A DNA stretch of 64,000 nucleotides, from positions 32,001 through 96,000 of the IMG/VR virus record IMGVR_UViG_3300029787_000010; one strand, written 5' to 3'. The position numbers and the translations under genes are program-made. This DNA is from a virus. Below, in pieces: positions 31,202 to 40,259 of this stretch. The notes under the pieces were generated by a model. That model had not been told where the DNA came from, did no database searches, and worked only from the letters and a program-made list of their open reading frames with translations. Numbering within the stretch: position 1 is the stretch's first letter; every line of letters starts with the position of its first letter.

Positions 31202-31468
31202 TCACTCCAGTGGAGGCACATAGTCATAGCCCAAATAGACTGCGTCGGTTCGTTGTGCTTCTTGCTTTTTTCTCATTGCCACTGCCCATGCCAGCAGTTG
31301 TCGTGCGTCTTGTGGTCCCAGTTCCCTCACTTCTCTCAGCCCCATGTTGTAATGTGTCATCAGCAAGTATTCGTTTCCTTCTCTTTGTAAGCGAAGCCAG
31401 TCAGTCGTTTGTTTACCCGTTATAAAGTCTACAACGACGCTGACTTCGCCTCCCGAAAACTGAGCCAT
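31202..31468 (-). CDS. Tail assembly chaperone, downstream (gpT-like) ORF, probably expressed by frameshift
   Basis: In the -1 frame, overlapping the upstream ORF by 40 nt; canonical slot between tube and TMP. Confidence 0.55.
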   Translation of the reverse strand: MAQFSGGEVSVVVDFITGKQTTDWLRLQREGNEYLLMTHYNMGLREVRELGPQDARQLLAWAVAMRKKQEAQRTDAVYLGYDYVPPLE

Positions 31469-31731
31469 TCTACGACTTGGTCGGGATGAGGCACCAGTTC
31501 TCTAAGCGCCATACCTTCTGTGATGGTCAAGTCCTTGAAAGAAATGTTGTCGGGCATATCAAGCCACATATCAAACGCAGCGAGCCAGTATTGAACAAGG
31601 TTGAACTCGGAAGCAGAAAACAATGCTGCGAGAGATTGAACTTCAAAGAAGGTCGGCTCATGCACAGCCACCTCTATAGTCTCTCCATCAATGTCAATTT
31701 TCGTCTGTTTGGTTTTCCTCGTCATACTCAC
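31429..31731 (-). CDS. Tail assembly chaperone (gpG-like)
   Basis: ~100-aa acidic protein downstream of the tail tube gene. Confidence 0.55.
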   Translation of the reverse strand: MSMTRKTKQTKIDIDGETIEVAVHEPTFFEVQSLAALFSASEFNLVQYWLAAFDMWLDMPDNISFKDLTITEGMALRELVPHPDQVVEWLSFREAKSASL

Positions 31732-31927
31732 TCACTTCGTCGTTTGAGGCAGCCTCTTCCGAGGGGTCCTCTTGAGAGTCTGTCGCCTGCTCTTGCGAGG
31801 GGGCGGTGTGCTCTCCAAATGGGTCATCCGAAGCACGACCTGCTTCGGGATTGAATACTTCGTCTTCAACAACTTCGGCCTCGTGCTCCGAACGAGGGTG
31901 TAGTCGTGAAGGGCGTTTCATGGGCAT
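31694..31927 (-). CDS. Small highly acidic hypothetical protein
   Basis: Fills the gap after the tube gene; E/D-rich; likely start MPMKRP at 31927. Confidence 0.55.
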   Translation of the reverse strand: MPMKRPSRLHPRSEHEAEVVEDEVFNPEAGRASDDPFGEHTAPSQEQATDSQEDPSEEAASNDEVSEYDEENQTDEN

Positions 31928-31935
31928 GGTATCAC

Positions 31936-33960
31936 TCAGCAATGGAAAAGGGTGTCGGTGCTAATGACCTTGACATTTTTTGGATGAATCATGACACGAG
32001 AGTGTAGCAAACCTTTGTCATCGGGAATAGGTATGGGAGCCTGTGTGATGACATAGTCGTCAATGAGGATGCGCATCAGTTGGGCTGAATTAGCCGTACC
32101 TGTACTTGGCTTTGTAAACACCATCTCAATAATTGATGCATCCGAGTTCACTGTGCCACCGACTTCCCGATGAGTGCGGAGTTCATGGAAAAGCAACGGG
32201 TCACGAATGATGATGTCCATTTCCAATTCAAACTCTTCACGACCTTCACGGATGACCGATGCGTTACGAGTGCCGCCGTAAGGAACTTGCTTGGTTGACC
32301 GCTTTGCACTGTCAACAGTTTCGGGCACGGGTGTGCCGCCAATGGTGTGGAAAGTCTCTACGCCGGTCTTGCCACGCAACTCAAAGGTAGAGACATAGCC
32401 AATGTCTTGGTCAAACGCCGTAATGGTACCGTTGTAAAACATGAACGGCTTCTCCGAGCCGGGAGCAATACCGGATTCTTTGCGCCCCTTGACATCGGAG
32501 GCTGTGTTTTGGAACATGCGGTGCGCAGTGTAACGGTCCCCCGGATTAGAAGCATCAAGACGACCAGTGTCAGTGTAACATGACAGTGCGTTGAAAATGC
32601 AACGATACTTGACCTCTGCATCAGTCGTCGCCGTCAGTTCCCACTCTACAACCTTACAGCCTCGGAAGATACGCGTCAATTGCTTAGAATCGGTGGACGA
32701 ACCGGGCGTGTTACTGCTTTCACTTGCGGCGTTAAACGACCCTACATCTCGGTTACGGATGCTGTGCTCAATGCAAAATGAAGGGACTGTTTCTGCTGAA
32801 AACAACAAGCGATGAACAGGGTTGTCAATACGGCCGTTTGCATCTACATCCGGGCTACCCGTTGAGGCATCCGATGCGAATCGGAAAGCCTGTACGCCGT
32901 CCGAAGTCTCATGTTGGTAGTAAATAGGGTCGTCAAGGAACAGTCGCTGGTCGCTCCCAACAGCCTCAATGGCCACTACCCGACGAATCTCGCTTGAGCG
33001 GGCTTGGTCAAAGTGATGGCTGTCACTGGTCAACGCAGATGATGAGTCCGAAGAAGGCCAGTATTGTGAAGCACTACCTTCCACGGCTTTGTAGTAAACT
33101 GTGGGAACAAGTGTGGTGTCGGGGAACAAAACATAGTCGCCAACAGCAAGTGTGTGACCGTTGAAATCAAGACTGTCCACATCAGCGTAGGTTTGACCGG
33201 GAGTGATAGGGCCACGCAGTGTCCCTGCTTTGCTATAGCCCGCTCCACCTATCATGGTCGCAGCGTCCACGACTTCACGACCGAGACTGTAGTAGAGCCA
33301 ACGAGGACTGTGTAAGGGCATCTCCACTTGGCCGCCTTGATGGTGAACTTTACCGGGTTGTTGAATAGCAGGTTGGCGACCAAGTCCGACGACATGGTGC
33401 TTGAGCAATTCCACTGTCGTGTCGGGCAAGACCATGTGCGAGGCCAATCCAATGAACTGGTCAATGGTTGACACCTCTTTCGCTGAACTTGGATTGTCGT
33501 GATGGGCGAAATCGGACGCACTCAAAGTCGGCATACCAAGAGAATGAATGAACAAAGCGTCGCCTGTTCCACTCACTCGGCTACTGGTGGTGTGCTCAAG
33601 AGCCGGAACCAGTTTGATTTTCGTGGCATTGCTCTCCACCGTGTGGTCTACGATTCGGTAGTTGCGACTGTTGAACCCGTCATTGTAAAAATCCGAAAAT
33701 AAATTGTTGGACGCACCTGCTTTGTGAAAAGTCAACTGCTGACCAATGAGCATACCGAGGGGCACTTTGAGAATCGGATTGCTTTCAAAAATGGTGTTAG
33801 CACCACCCGAGCCGACAAAGGTCAACACGGTGCAGTCCGGTGAACTGGTCGTCCATGTCGTTATCCAAGTACATGGCTCGCCGTGTTGGATGTAGATACC
33901 TGTCTCGTGACCCATGAGAACTTCCGAGACATCACCCTTGTACGCTTGGCTCGCCGACAC
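31936..33960 (-). CDS. Major tail tube protein with large inserted domains
   Basis: PSFCIEH, RIFRGCKVVEWEL, FMFYNGTI, EGREEFELEM tube-like motifs; position after the terminator. Confidence 0.72.
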   Translation of the reverse strand: MSASQAYKGDVSEVLMGHETGIYIQHGEPCTWITTWTTSSPDCTVLTFVGSGGANTIFESNPILKVPLGMLIGQQLTFHKAGASNNLFSDFYNDGFNSRNYRIVDHTVESNATKIKLVPALEHTTSSRVSGTGDALFIHSLGMPTLSASDFAHHDNPSSAKEVSTIDQFIGLASHMVLPDTTVELLKHHVVGLGRQPAIQQPGKVHHQGGQVEMPLHSPRWLYYSLGREVVDAATMIGGAGYSKAGTLRGPITPGQTYADVDSLDFNGHTLAVGDYVLFPDTTLVPTVYYKAVEGSASQYWPSSDSSSALTSDSHHFDQARSSEIRRVVAIEAVGSDQRLFLDDPIYYQHETSDGVQAFRFASDASTGSPDVDANGRIDNPVHRLLFSAETVPSFCIEHSIRNRDVGSFNAASESSNTPGSSTDSKQLTRIFRGCKVVEWELTATTDAEVKYRCIFNALSCYTDTGRLDASNPGDRYTAHRMFQNTASDVKGRKESGIAPGSEKPFMFYNGTITAFDQDIGYVSTFELRGKTGVETFHTIGGTPVPETVDSAKRSTKQVPYGGTRNASVIREGREEFELEMDIIIRDPLLFHELRTHREVGGTVNSDASIIEMVFTKPSTGTANSAQLMRILIDDYVITQAPIPIPDDKGLLHSRVMIHPKNVKVISTDTLFHC

Positions 33961-33963
33961 TCA

Positions 33964-34404
33964 TCACACCCCCACTGGGTCTGCTAACACGACCACCTCT
34001 ACTTGAAAGGTGTGGCGAAACAACCGCTTGGTCCTGTCACTCAAATCAGTCCTTGTCTTGAATATCATGCGGTCGTAATTGACACCGTCGCCTTTGCGGT
34101 CAACATGAATCAATCTACGAATCTCATTCTCCAGCGCCTGTAAATGCGAATGACTCTTAGCGGTGCGTACATCAACGGTGATGTTGATGCGAGTCATAAC
34201 AAAGTTGTAGAGCAAATCGGGCACATCCTCGTTGTGGGCTGTTTCGTACGCAAACACAAAGTCCGAACGCTGGAGGTCTTGACGCTTGCCACGCTCCGGC
34301 TTAACCGAAGCAATGTGCTCAATCACTGGCTTGATGTTATTGGTCTTTGCCCGGTTCCACTTTCGTAGCGTTTCAAGCACAAGGTCAACGGCCTCTTTTA
34401 CCAT
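33964..34404 (-). CDS. Tail terminator/completion protein
   Basis: 146 aa; INITVDVRT...RHTFQVEV; between adaptor and tube. Confidence 0.6.
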   Translation of the reverse strand: MVKEAVDLVLETLRKWNRAKTNNIKPVIEHIASVKPERGKRQDLQRSDFVFAYETAHNEDVPDLLYNFVMTRINITVDVRTAKSHSHLQALENEIRRLIHVDRKGDGVNYDRMIFKTRTDLSDRTKRLFRHTFQVEVVVLADPVGV

Positions 34405-34413
34405 GTGCCCACC

Positions 34414-36054
34414 TCACTCAAACACAACGACCTCAATGTAGCGGCGGAGGATAGCCTCGGATTCTTGCTTCCACATCGTGGCCTTCTGTGCCAGCGGGAT
34501 GTTTTCACTTCCTTCGGGGATGAGGACTGAGCGGTCATCTGCCATGAGCAAGTCTACGGCGACCATCTTTGTCGCTGCTTCTTCAATGGCCTGCTCCACA
34601 TAACGCTCACCGTAGATGTAGGACACCTTGATAGCGTTGAACTCAAAGAACGGGTAGGAGTTGTTGAAGTAAATGATACCCATCTCGGAATCAAGCCACC
34701 AGTCTTTGAGTCGGGCTTGGTCACCGCCAGCGTCGGAAAAGGCACCAATGTCCGATTGGAAAGCCTTCTGTGCAATTGTGTAATCAACACCAGTAGCCGG
34801 TTCCGCATTCATCCATTTCACACCAGTAAACGATGACGCTGTCTTACCAGTGTAGCCAAACACAACGGTTGTGCGCCCGTCGGCAGAAGCCGTGGCCACG
34901 CCGTAATCTGCAAATGCGCTCGTATCAACGCCGCTACCGGCGAGCCACACTCCCGAACCGTTGTACTGAAATGGGTTGCCGCTCCGGTCATCCGTATCTG
35001 AGAGCACCATGGCAGTGCTGTCAGTGACGGCAATTGTCGCTGACTCACCTCCCTTTGTTTGGCGCATGCTCGTGATTTTGAGTTTGCCATTACCGTAGTC
35101 GGAATTAGCAGAAGCGAAGAACTCATTGTCCACATTGACAGCCGTGTTGGTTGAACCAAGCGGGAGTGTGAATGCGACACCGTCGTGTTTGTGCTGCTGT
35201 CCACTCACCACATCTTCTGTGAAAGGGACAGCCGATTTGTTGACGCGGTCTTCTTTGTTGATAAGGTCAGCAAGACTTTGTGCCGTAGAGACTTTATCAA
35301 AACGACTGTCCCACTCGGTGCTACCCGTACCCACCTTGAGTTGAGCGAAGCCTCCACCACCCGGCGATAATGCGATGAGGTCGCTTTCCAAAGCAGTGTA
35401 ATCAGCGATTTCAAGACGAGCCTCAGCCGAACCAATCTCACGGTAGTTTTCGCCTTGCCACATCTCAAGGCGTAGAATCTGCTGAATGTTGCGGAAGAGA
35501 AGTGGAGTCGTACCGACATAGTCCGTAAAGTATCGGCGACGGTAAGGCTTGTAGGTGTCAAAGTTGAGATATTCGGCCGACACGAGGTAAGGTCGCCAAG
35601 CGTTATGCGTTACATTGTCAATGCGGTCTTGCACCTCTTTGATGCGCTGCTCCACATGGCTGCGCTTCATACCACGAATTTTACCGTTTGTAAATGAGGC
35701 TTGATTCTGCACATAACCGTTGTCCGTCGTTTCATACAAACCGGGATTGATGGATGAAGAAAACGCCAGTTTAACACCGCTTGCCGTTGAGGTTATCGCT
35801 GTGATTTCCCGCTCCAAGCCCATCGGGTCAGCGTCGCTGTAAATGAGAATCGTATCGCCAACCGAGAAGCCGGTTTCCCTGTAATCTGTACCAGTCACAA
35901 ATACTGCCGTAGCCTCGGCATTGGCTGCCATCAAAACGGCTTCTTGCGGACCGATACCAAGGAGGTCAGCAACTTTCTGCGCAGTGGTGTAAACAATCTC
36001 GGTAGGACGAAGTGGCCGTGTTTCGGGCTCACCGGGACTGAACACTACGGGCAC
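34414..36054 (-). CDS. Head-tail adaptor/connector protein with inserted domains
   Basis: YTTAQKVADLLG, QDRIDN, IKVSYIYG...AIEEAATKMVA adaptor-like motifs at both ends. Confidence 0.68.
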   Translation of the reverse strand: MPVVFSPGEPETRPLRPTEIVYTTAQKVADLLGIGPQEAVLMAANAEATAVFVTGTDYRETGFSVGDTILIYSDADPMGLEREITAITSTASGVKLAFSSSINPGLYETTDNGYVQNQASFTNGKIRGMKRSHVEQRIKEVQDRIDNVTHNAWRPYLVSAEYLNFDTYKPYRRRYFTDYVGTTPLLFRNIQQILRLEMWQGENYREIGSAEARLEIADYTALESDLIALSPGGGGFAQLKVGTGSTEWDSRFDKVSTAQSLADLINKEDRVNKSAVPFTEDVVSGQQHKHDGVAFTLPLGSTNTAVNVDNEFFASANSDYGNGKLKITSMRQTKGGESATIAVTDSTAMVLSDTDDRSGNPFQYNGSGVWLAGSGVDTSAFADYGVATASADGRTTVVFGYTGKTASSFTGVKWMNAEPATGVDYTIAQKAFQSDIGAFSDAGGDQARLKDWWLDSEMGIIYFNNSYPFFEFNAIKVSYIYGERYVEQAIEEAATKMVAVDLLMADDRSVLIPEGSENIPLAQKATMWKQESEAILRRYIEVVVFE

Positions 36055-36067
36055 TCATATTCCTCCC

Positions 36068-38638
36068 TCAAGCATCTTCCGGCGGGATGTCGTCTTCAGG
36101 GTAAAGAGGTCTACCCGTAGCCTGTTCATATTGAGCGGCAAACTTTTCTGCGTCTCGGTCCATTTCAGCCATTCCTTCCCTTTTCCTTTGCTCTCGGCGT
36201 TGGATGGTGCGGGGGTTATTTTCATACGCTTCATTTTGAAGTTGCAGTATAGCCGCTCTTTTTCTTTCTTTTTCGGCTGGACTGTCGTATTGGTTAGCCC
36301 GAAGTTCATCGGGAATAGGCGTAGGACCTTTCAAAATGCGTCGTGTCATGTCGTCTTGAATACCCTTGAGCAACTGCTCGCCAACGGACATCCACTGTCC
36401 AGTTTGGACTTCGTCATCATCGTCAAGTGCGCCGACACCTGCTTGAAGTCGCTGCAAGAAGTTCATGTTGGAAGGTGGCGCAGCCGTATCAGCCGTCGCT
36501 GCGGGTGCTGGTGCGTCGCCGCCGCCCATCAGCATCTCCTCAAGTTGTTCCTGTGAGAGTTGTGAGAAGTCCGGTTCGCCACGAATAGATTGGCCGGATT
36601 CTCGCATACCTTTTGCTCGTCGGCGTCGGCCACGGATTTCGTCTTGGCTTTCGGGGACGGTGCGGTCAAGTCGGCTGTCCGACTGTTCGCCGCCCATACC
36701 GGGGATTTGAACAGGTTGCCCTCGCCGTGTGTTTTGTACATCCGAGCCTGCCGTTGGTATGTTTTGACCTGTTCGGAAAGCATACTCAGTTCGCTTTGCT
36801 TCCGGAGAAAGTTCATCCATGCTCGGCCGTTGTCGCTCTTCGGTCGGTCGGCCACCCATTTGCACAAAGTTCGCACCAATCTCGTCTTCCTTCGCATCAA
36901 TTGCGCTTTGAATACGAGCCATTTGCTCACGGTAGTCAGCGGGCTTTTCTCGCTCGGGGAGCATGTCCAACTGACGGAGTTGAAGTTTGAGGCGACTGAC
37001 CTCCGCTTCAAGTGGACCTGTTTCCATCATGGCGCCTTGCTCCATCGCACGGCGACTTGCGTCCATTTGTTCAAACGCTCGGTCGCCGTAGATTTGGTCC
37101 ATCTCGCTCAAGAACTCGCCGCCCTCGCCTCGGAGATTTACCTGTTGAAGAGCATTTGACATGGCTTCGCCAGCCATTTGATTCATCATTGCCTCATCCA
37201 TTTCGCCTGCAAGAGCCTGTTGAATGTCAACCCGAGTGCGAGCAAGCGGGTTTCGGGCAATTTCTGCTTCTGCCATCTGTCGTCGCATATCGGACACTTG
37301 GACGGCTTGATTGCTGAGGCTTTGCATAACAGCGGACTTAAACTTGTCAAGCATTTCGGGACTGGCTTGTCCTTGACGGACCAAATTCTCAAACTCTCTT
37401 TGAATCTGCAAGTCCATACGCTGCTGAGCCGTGACCATGGGGTCCCGCTCTTGAGGCGCGGGACGCACTTCGGGAGCGTCAATGGAAATTTCCTTACCTC
37501 GTCCAACGAGTTCGGGAGCGATGCCAGCCGTAGTCGTCGTGATAGGCGTAGCCTGCTGCATAGCGTCTTGCATGACATTGTCCATCATGCCCTGCACTTC
37601 GCCGAAACTACCGGGGTTGGCAGCCGCTACCAAATCACGCTGAGCCTCGGGCGTCATGCGAAGCCCTTGCTCTTGTAGCATCCTATCCAGTTGTTGGAAC
37701 ATCACTGCACCGGGCTGGCTGAGTCGCATGGTTCGTGCGAGGTCGCCAACAGAATCCATGTCGCCCAAGTCGGCTCGTGTAGAGCCGAGTGCGCCCATGC
37801 TGTCGTCGTCAACGGAGAGTTCAAGACCTTGTGTAGTCAAAAACTCTTGAAACTTTGCAGGGTCATCTCGGATAGTGCCCAAAGCCTGTGCAATAAGCAT
37901 CTGTCGCATCTCATCGCTACCACCCCCGCTTCGTCCGAGTGACATGACCGTACTGGGGTCGGCTCCGAACATTGCTTGGAATCGCTCGGGCTCGGAACTG
38001 AGGAATCGGTTAAGGAGTTTTGGAACAGGAATCTCGTCTCGTGGACCTTGCTTACTCCGGAAATAAGGATGAACTCCACTGGGGTCAAACACTTGACCGA
38101 TGTTACCAAGTCCAGCACCTTCGTCGCCACCTTGGATGTTTTCGGAGATGAATCCTTTTTCTCGTCGCCCGCCCGTCTTGGCGTCTTCTTGACCTTGCAT
38201 GATGGTCCGACGAGCATCAAGGCCCGCTCGGAAACTGGCACCGATGTCGCGCTTCTCACGCTCGTCTTCGTCAGTCTCCTCAAAGGCTTCTCGTCGTGCA
38301 GCAGGGCGAGCAGGGCCCAATTCTTCACGACGGCGCTCAAAAAGTTCTCGTGCTTCACGAGCCATTCTTTGTGCTGCACCACTGCGTTTCTCGCTACCGG
38401 GAGTGATGCGCGTGCGTTCCATTTCAGCACGCCGCTCGGCTTGTTCTTCGGCTTCCTTCCTACTACGCTCTGCGGCACTTTCGCCAGTAGTCAATGGCAT
38501 CAGTTCGCCAGTCCGTGGGTTCCGATAAGCCTTCATTCCATTCGGCAATGTGACAAAGTTTTCCTTTTCGGGGTCGCCCTTGGGCTTCCTATCGCCTTCT
38601 GCTTTCCGAACAAGAACTCGTCCCATATCACTCACCAT
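36068..38638 (-). CDS. Large E/R/Q/M-rich hypothetical protein (putative internal head/ejection protein)
   Basis: 856-aa helical/low-complexity ORF with no Cys, inside the head-neck module. Confidence 0.6.
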   Translation of the reverse strand: MVSDMGRVLVRKAEGDRKPKGDPEKENFVTLPNGMKAYRNPRTGELMPLTTGESAAERSRKEAEEQAERRAEMERTRITPGSEKRSGAAQRMAREARELFERRREELGPARPAARREAFEETDEDEREKRDIGASFRAGLDARRTIMQGQEDAKTGGRREKGFISENIQGGDEGAGLGNIGQVFDPSGVHPYFRSKQGPRDEIPVPKLLNRFLSSEPERFQAMFGADPSTVMSLGRSGGGSDEMRQMLIAQALGTIRDDPAKFQEFLTTQGLELSVDDDSMGALGSTRADLGDMDSVGDLARTMRLSQPGAVMFQQLDRMLQEQGLRMTPEAQRDLVAAANPGSFGEVQGMMDNVMQDAMQQATPITTTTAGIAPELVGRGKEISIDAPEVRPAPQERDPMVTAQQRMDLQIQREFENLVRQGQASPEMLDKFKSAVMQSLSNQAVQVSDMRRQMAEAEIARNPLARTRVDIQQALAGEMDEAMMNQMAGEAMSNALQQVNLRGEGGEFLSEMDQIYGDRAFEQMDASRRAMEQGAMMETGPLEAEVSRLKLQLRQLDMLPEREKPADYREQMARIQSAIDAKEDEIGANFVQMGGRPTEERQRPSMDELSPEAKRTEYAFRTGQNIPTAGSDVQNTRRGQPVQIPGMGGEQSDSRLDRTVPESQDEIRGRRRRAKGMRESGQSIRGEPDFSQLSQEQLEEMLMGGGDAPAPAATADTAAPPSNMNFLQRLQAGVGALDDDDEVQTGQWMSVGEQLLKGIQDDMTRRILKGPTPIPDELRANQYDSPAEKERKRAAILQLQNEAYENNPRTIQRREQRKREGMAEMDRDAEKFAAQYEQATGRPLYPEDDIPPEDA

Positions 38639-38912
38639 GTTTCCCTAAGTTATAATCCATTTGCTTGCCACAAGTTCTGCACTTGTCAACCCAGCAGAAG
38701 TAAAGCATACCACAGTCCGTACAGCGAGTGCCTGCACCGATGTTCAAAACATCGCCAGTCTTGCGTGTACGGATGCGTTGCTTGGAAGTGATGCCATCAA
38801 GAGGTCGCTCCGTGTTGTGAACCGAGCCAACGCCAAAGCGTTCAGCAAAGCGGATGCCTCGCTTCTCAAGGCGCTCTACTTCGTCAAGTCCAATCGTCGC
38901 TTCATCCATCAT
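38628..38912 (-). CDS. Zinc-ribbon protein
   Basis: CTDC...CWVDKCRTC. SD GAGGTGG favours ATG 38912. Confidence 0.7.
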   Translation of the reverse strand: MMDEATIGLDEVERLEKRGIRFAERFGVGSVHNTERPLDGITSKQRIRTRKTGDVLNIGAGTRCTDCGMLYFCWVDKCRTCGKQMDYNLGKHGE

Positions 38913-38919
38913 AACCACC

Positions 38920-39093
38920 TCAACTGGTAGTCACGAAGATAAACACATTCCCAAGAATCACATGCGGGTCTGCTGACACGCAAGTGTTGGAGCCAATTGC
39001 CGTACTGATTTCAGTCGCAATCGCCGTTTTCTTCGTTGAGTCTTGAAAATCTCTCGGAGCAAACGGACCAAGGATGGTGACGCTCTTTGCCAT
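38920..39093 (-). CDS. Small hypothetical (57 aa), probably structural
   Basis: Hand translation MAKSVTILGPFAPRDF...VFIFVTTS*; SD GAGGTGG; fills the gap exactly. Below the ORF-track cutoff. Confidence 0.7.
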   Translation of the reverse strand: MAKSVTILGPFAPRDFQDSTKKTAIATEISTAIGSNTCVSADPHVILGNVFIFVTTS

Positions 39094-39103
39094 CTAAGCC
39101 ACC

Positions 39104-39412
39104 TCATCGGCGACCAATAGCAAGGAAAGTTCCAGCGACAGTGTTTCCGCCAACTACAGCAGGGACGATTGTAATCGTCGTGCCACTCACAGTACCAGTG
39201 TCTTGAAGGTTAAGGTTGGCGGGTGTACCGCCATCATCCGCAACAGTAGAGTCAACCACTTGAGGTGTGTTTGCGGACGGATTCAAAATAAGCCCATCAA
39301 TGCTGGTCATAATGCTGCTCAAGTCAATGCTTGTGTCAGTCGCTTCGTAAGAGCCGGTCGCTACGATTCGGTCGCCAAAGTAGGTTGGTCGGGGGTCAAT
39401 TGTTACTGCCAT
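39104..39412 (-). CDS. Putative capsid decoration/minor head protein
   Basis: Small T/G-rich beta protein downstream of MCP; shares the AACAGGAGATGA leader with MCP. Confidence 0.55.
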   Translation of the reverse strand: MAVTIDPRPTYFGDRIVATGSYEATDTSIDLSSIMTSIDGLILNPSANTPQVVDSTVADDGGTPANLNLQDTGTVSGTTITIVPAVVGGNTVAGTFLAIGRR

Positions 39413-39414
39413 GT

Positions 39415-39798
39415 TTATTCATCTCCTGTTGGGGTTTCTGCCTTTGCTTCTTCAAGAACTTCGGCTGTTGGTTCGGCTACGGGTTCCGGGTTTAAGAAAG
39501 CATTGACAGATTTGAGGAGAGTGGCTTTGGTGGCGTAGCCGCCGACCGCAAGTCCCTTCTCTTTCATCCATGCGCCAATGTCCTTCTTGGTCCAGCCAGC
39601 ATCGGGGATGCCGTCGTCGCCTTCGTCAACTGTGATGCCGTCGCCTTCAATCCGCCACCACTTCTTGTTCAAGCGGTTTCGGTTGGCGTCAAGGTATTCT
39701 TGAGGCACTTCCATGGGAACCCCACGGACTGCCATGATTCGCTTCATGCCGGGGACTCGCCTTTCAAAGTAAGGCCCAAGTGCCGTAATCGTGGGCAA
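39415..39798 (-). CDS. Small head-associated protein with HeH/SAP-like domain
   Basis: WTKKDIGAWMKEKGL...ATKATLL motif. TTG start after SD GAGGTGG (ORF-track start 39813). Confidence 0.6.
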   Translation of the reverse strand: MPTITALGPYFERRVPGMKRIMAVRGVPMEVPQEYLDANRNRLNKKWWRIEGDGITVDEGDDGIPDAGWTKKDIGAWMKEKGLAVGGYATKATLLKSVNAFLNPEPVAEPTAEVLEEAKAETPTGDE

Positions 39799-39809
39799 GG
39801 TTATCCACC

Positions 39810-40226
39810 TCACGACACGATTGCCATGAACAGCGTTCGGTTGTCAAGTGTTCCTTCTGCAAGCATGGTTGCCGTTGCACTTCCAACACCACTGAAATCA
39901 GTGGTGCAGGTAAGGGACTTTCCAGCCACGCCGGAGCCTCCGACCACCATTCCGTGGATTTTGTCAGCGTCTCCACCAATGGTGAAGACATTGGCGTTTT
40001 GCACAAGGGTAAACACACCCATAACGAGTTTGAGTCCACGGCCAGCCGTGTTGCTCGTATCGTTGTTGGTGGCTTTAAACCCGTCAAGGGAACCGGGATA
40101 GGTACCGCCAGCGGCACCCTTCAACCAGTCCGTGCCGTCAACGAGGGCACCTGCATAAAGGTCAATTTCAAAGTCTACGGCCATAACGCCGCCTGCGCCA
40201 GTTGTTCGTGTAAATGTCACTGCCAT
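39810..40226 (-). CDS. Putative capsid decoration/cement protein
   Basis: G/T-rich 138 aa directly after MCP, with an identical translation-initiation region. Confidence 0.55.
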   Translation of the reverse strand: MAVTFTRTTGAGGVMAVDFEIDLYAGALVDGTDWLKGAAGGTYPGSLDGFKATNNDTSNTAGRGLKLVMGVFTLVQNANVFTIGGDADKIHGMVVGGSGVAGKSLTCTTDFSGVGSATATMLAEGTLDNRTLFMAIVS

Positions 40227-40245
40227 TTTTCATCATCTCCTGTTT
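40221..40245 (-). repeat. 25-nt exact repeat AAACAGGAGATGATGAAAAATGGCA (copy 2), translation-initiation region
   Basis: Identical to 41439-41463; partial third copy at 39419-39430. Confidence 0.9.
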
Positions 40246-40259
40246 TTTTTTGTTCTCCA

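Noticed and set aside
36068-38638. 856-aa helical protein as a relocated tape measure
   Set aside because: It lies upstream of the adaptor, is highly charged, and lacks TMP-like periodic aromatic repeats or TM segments. Not fully excluded.
40243-40251. T-run after the MCP gene as an archaeal terminator
   Set aside because: The T-run is on the + strand; the transcribed minus strand reads A9, leading into the next gene's RBS.
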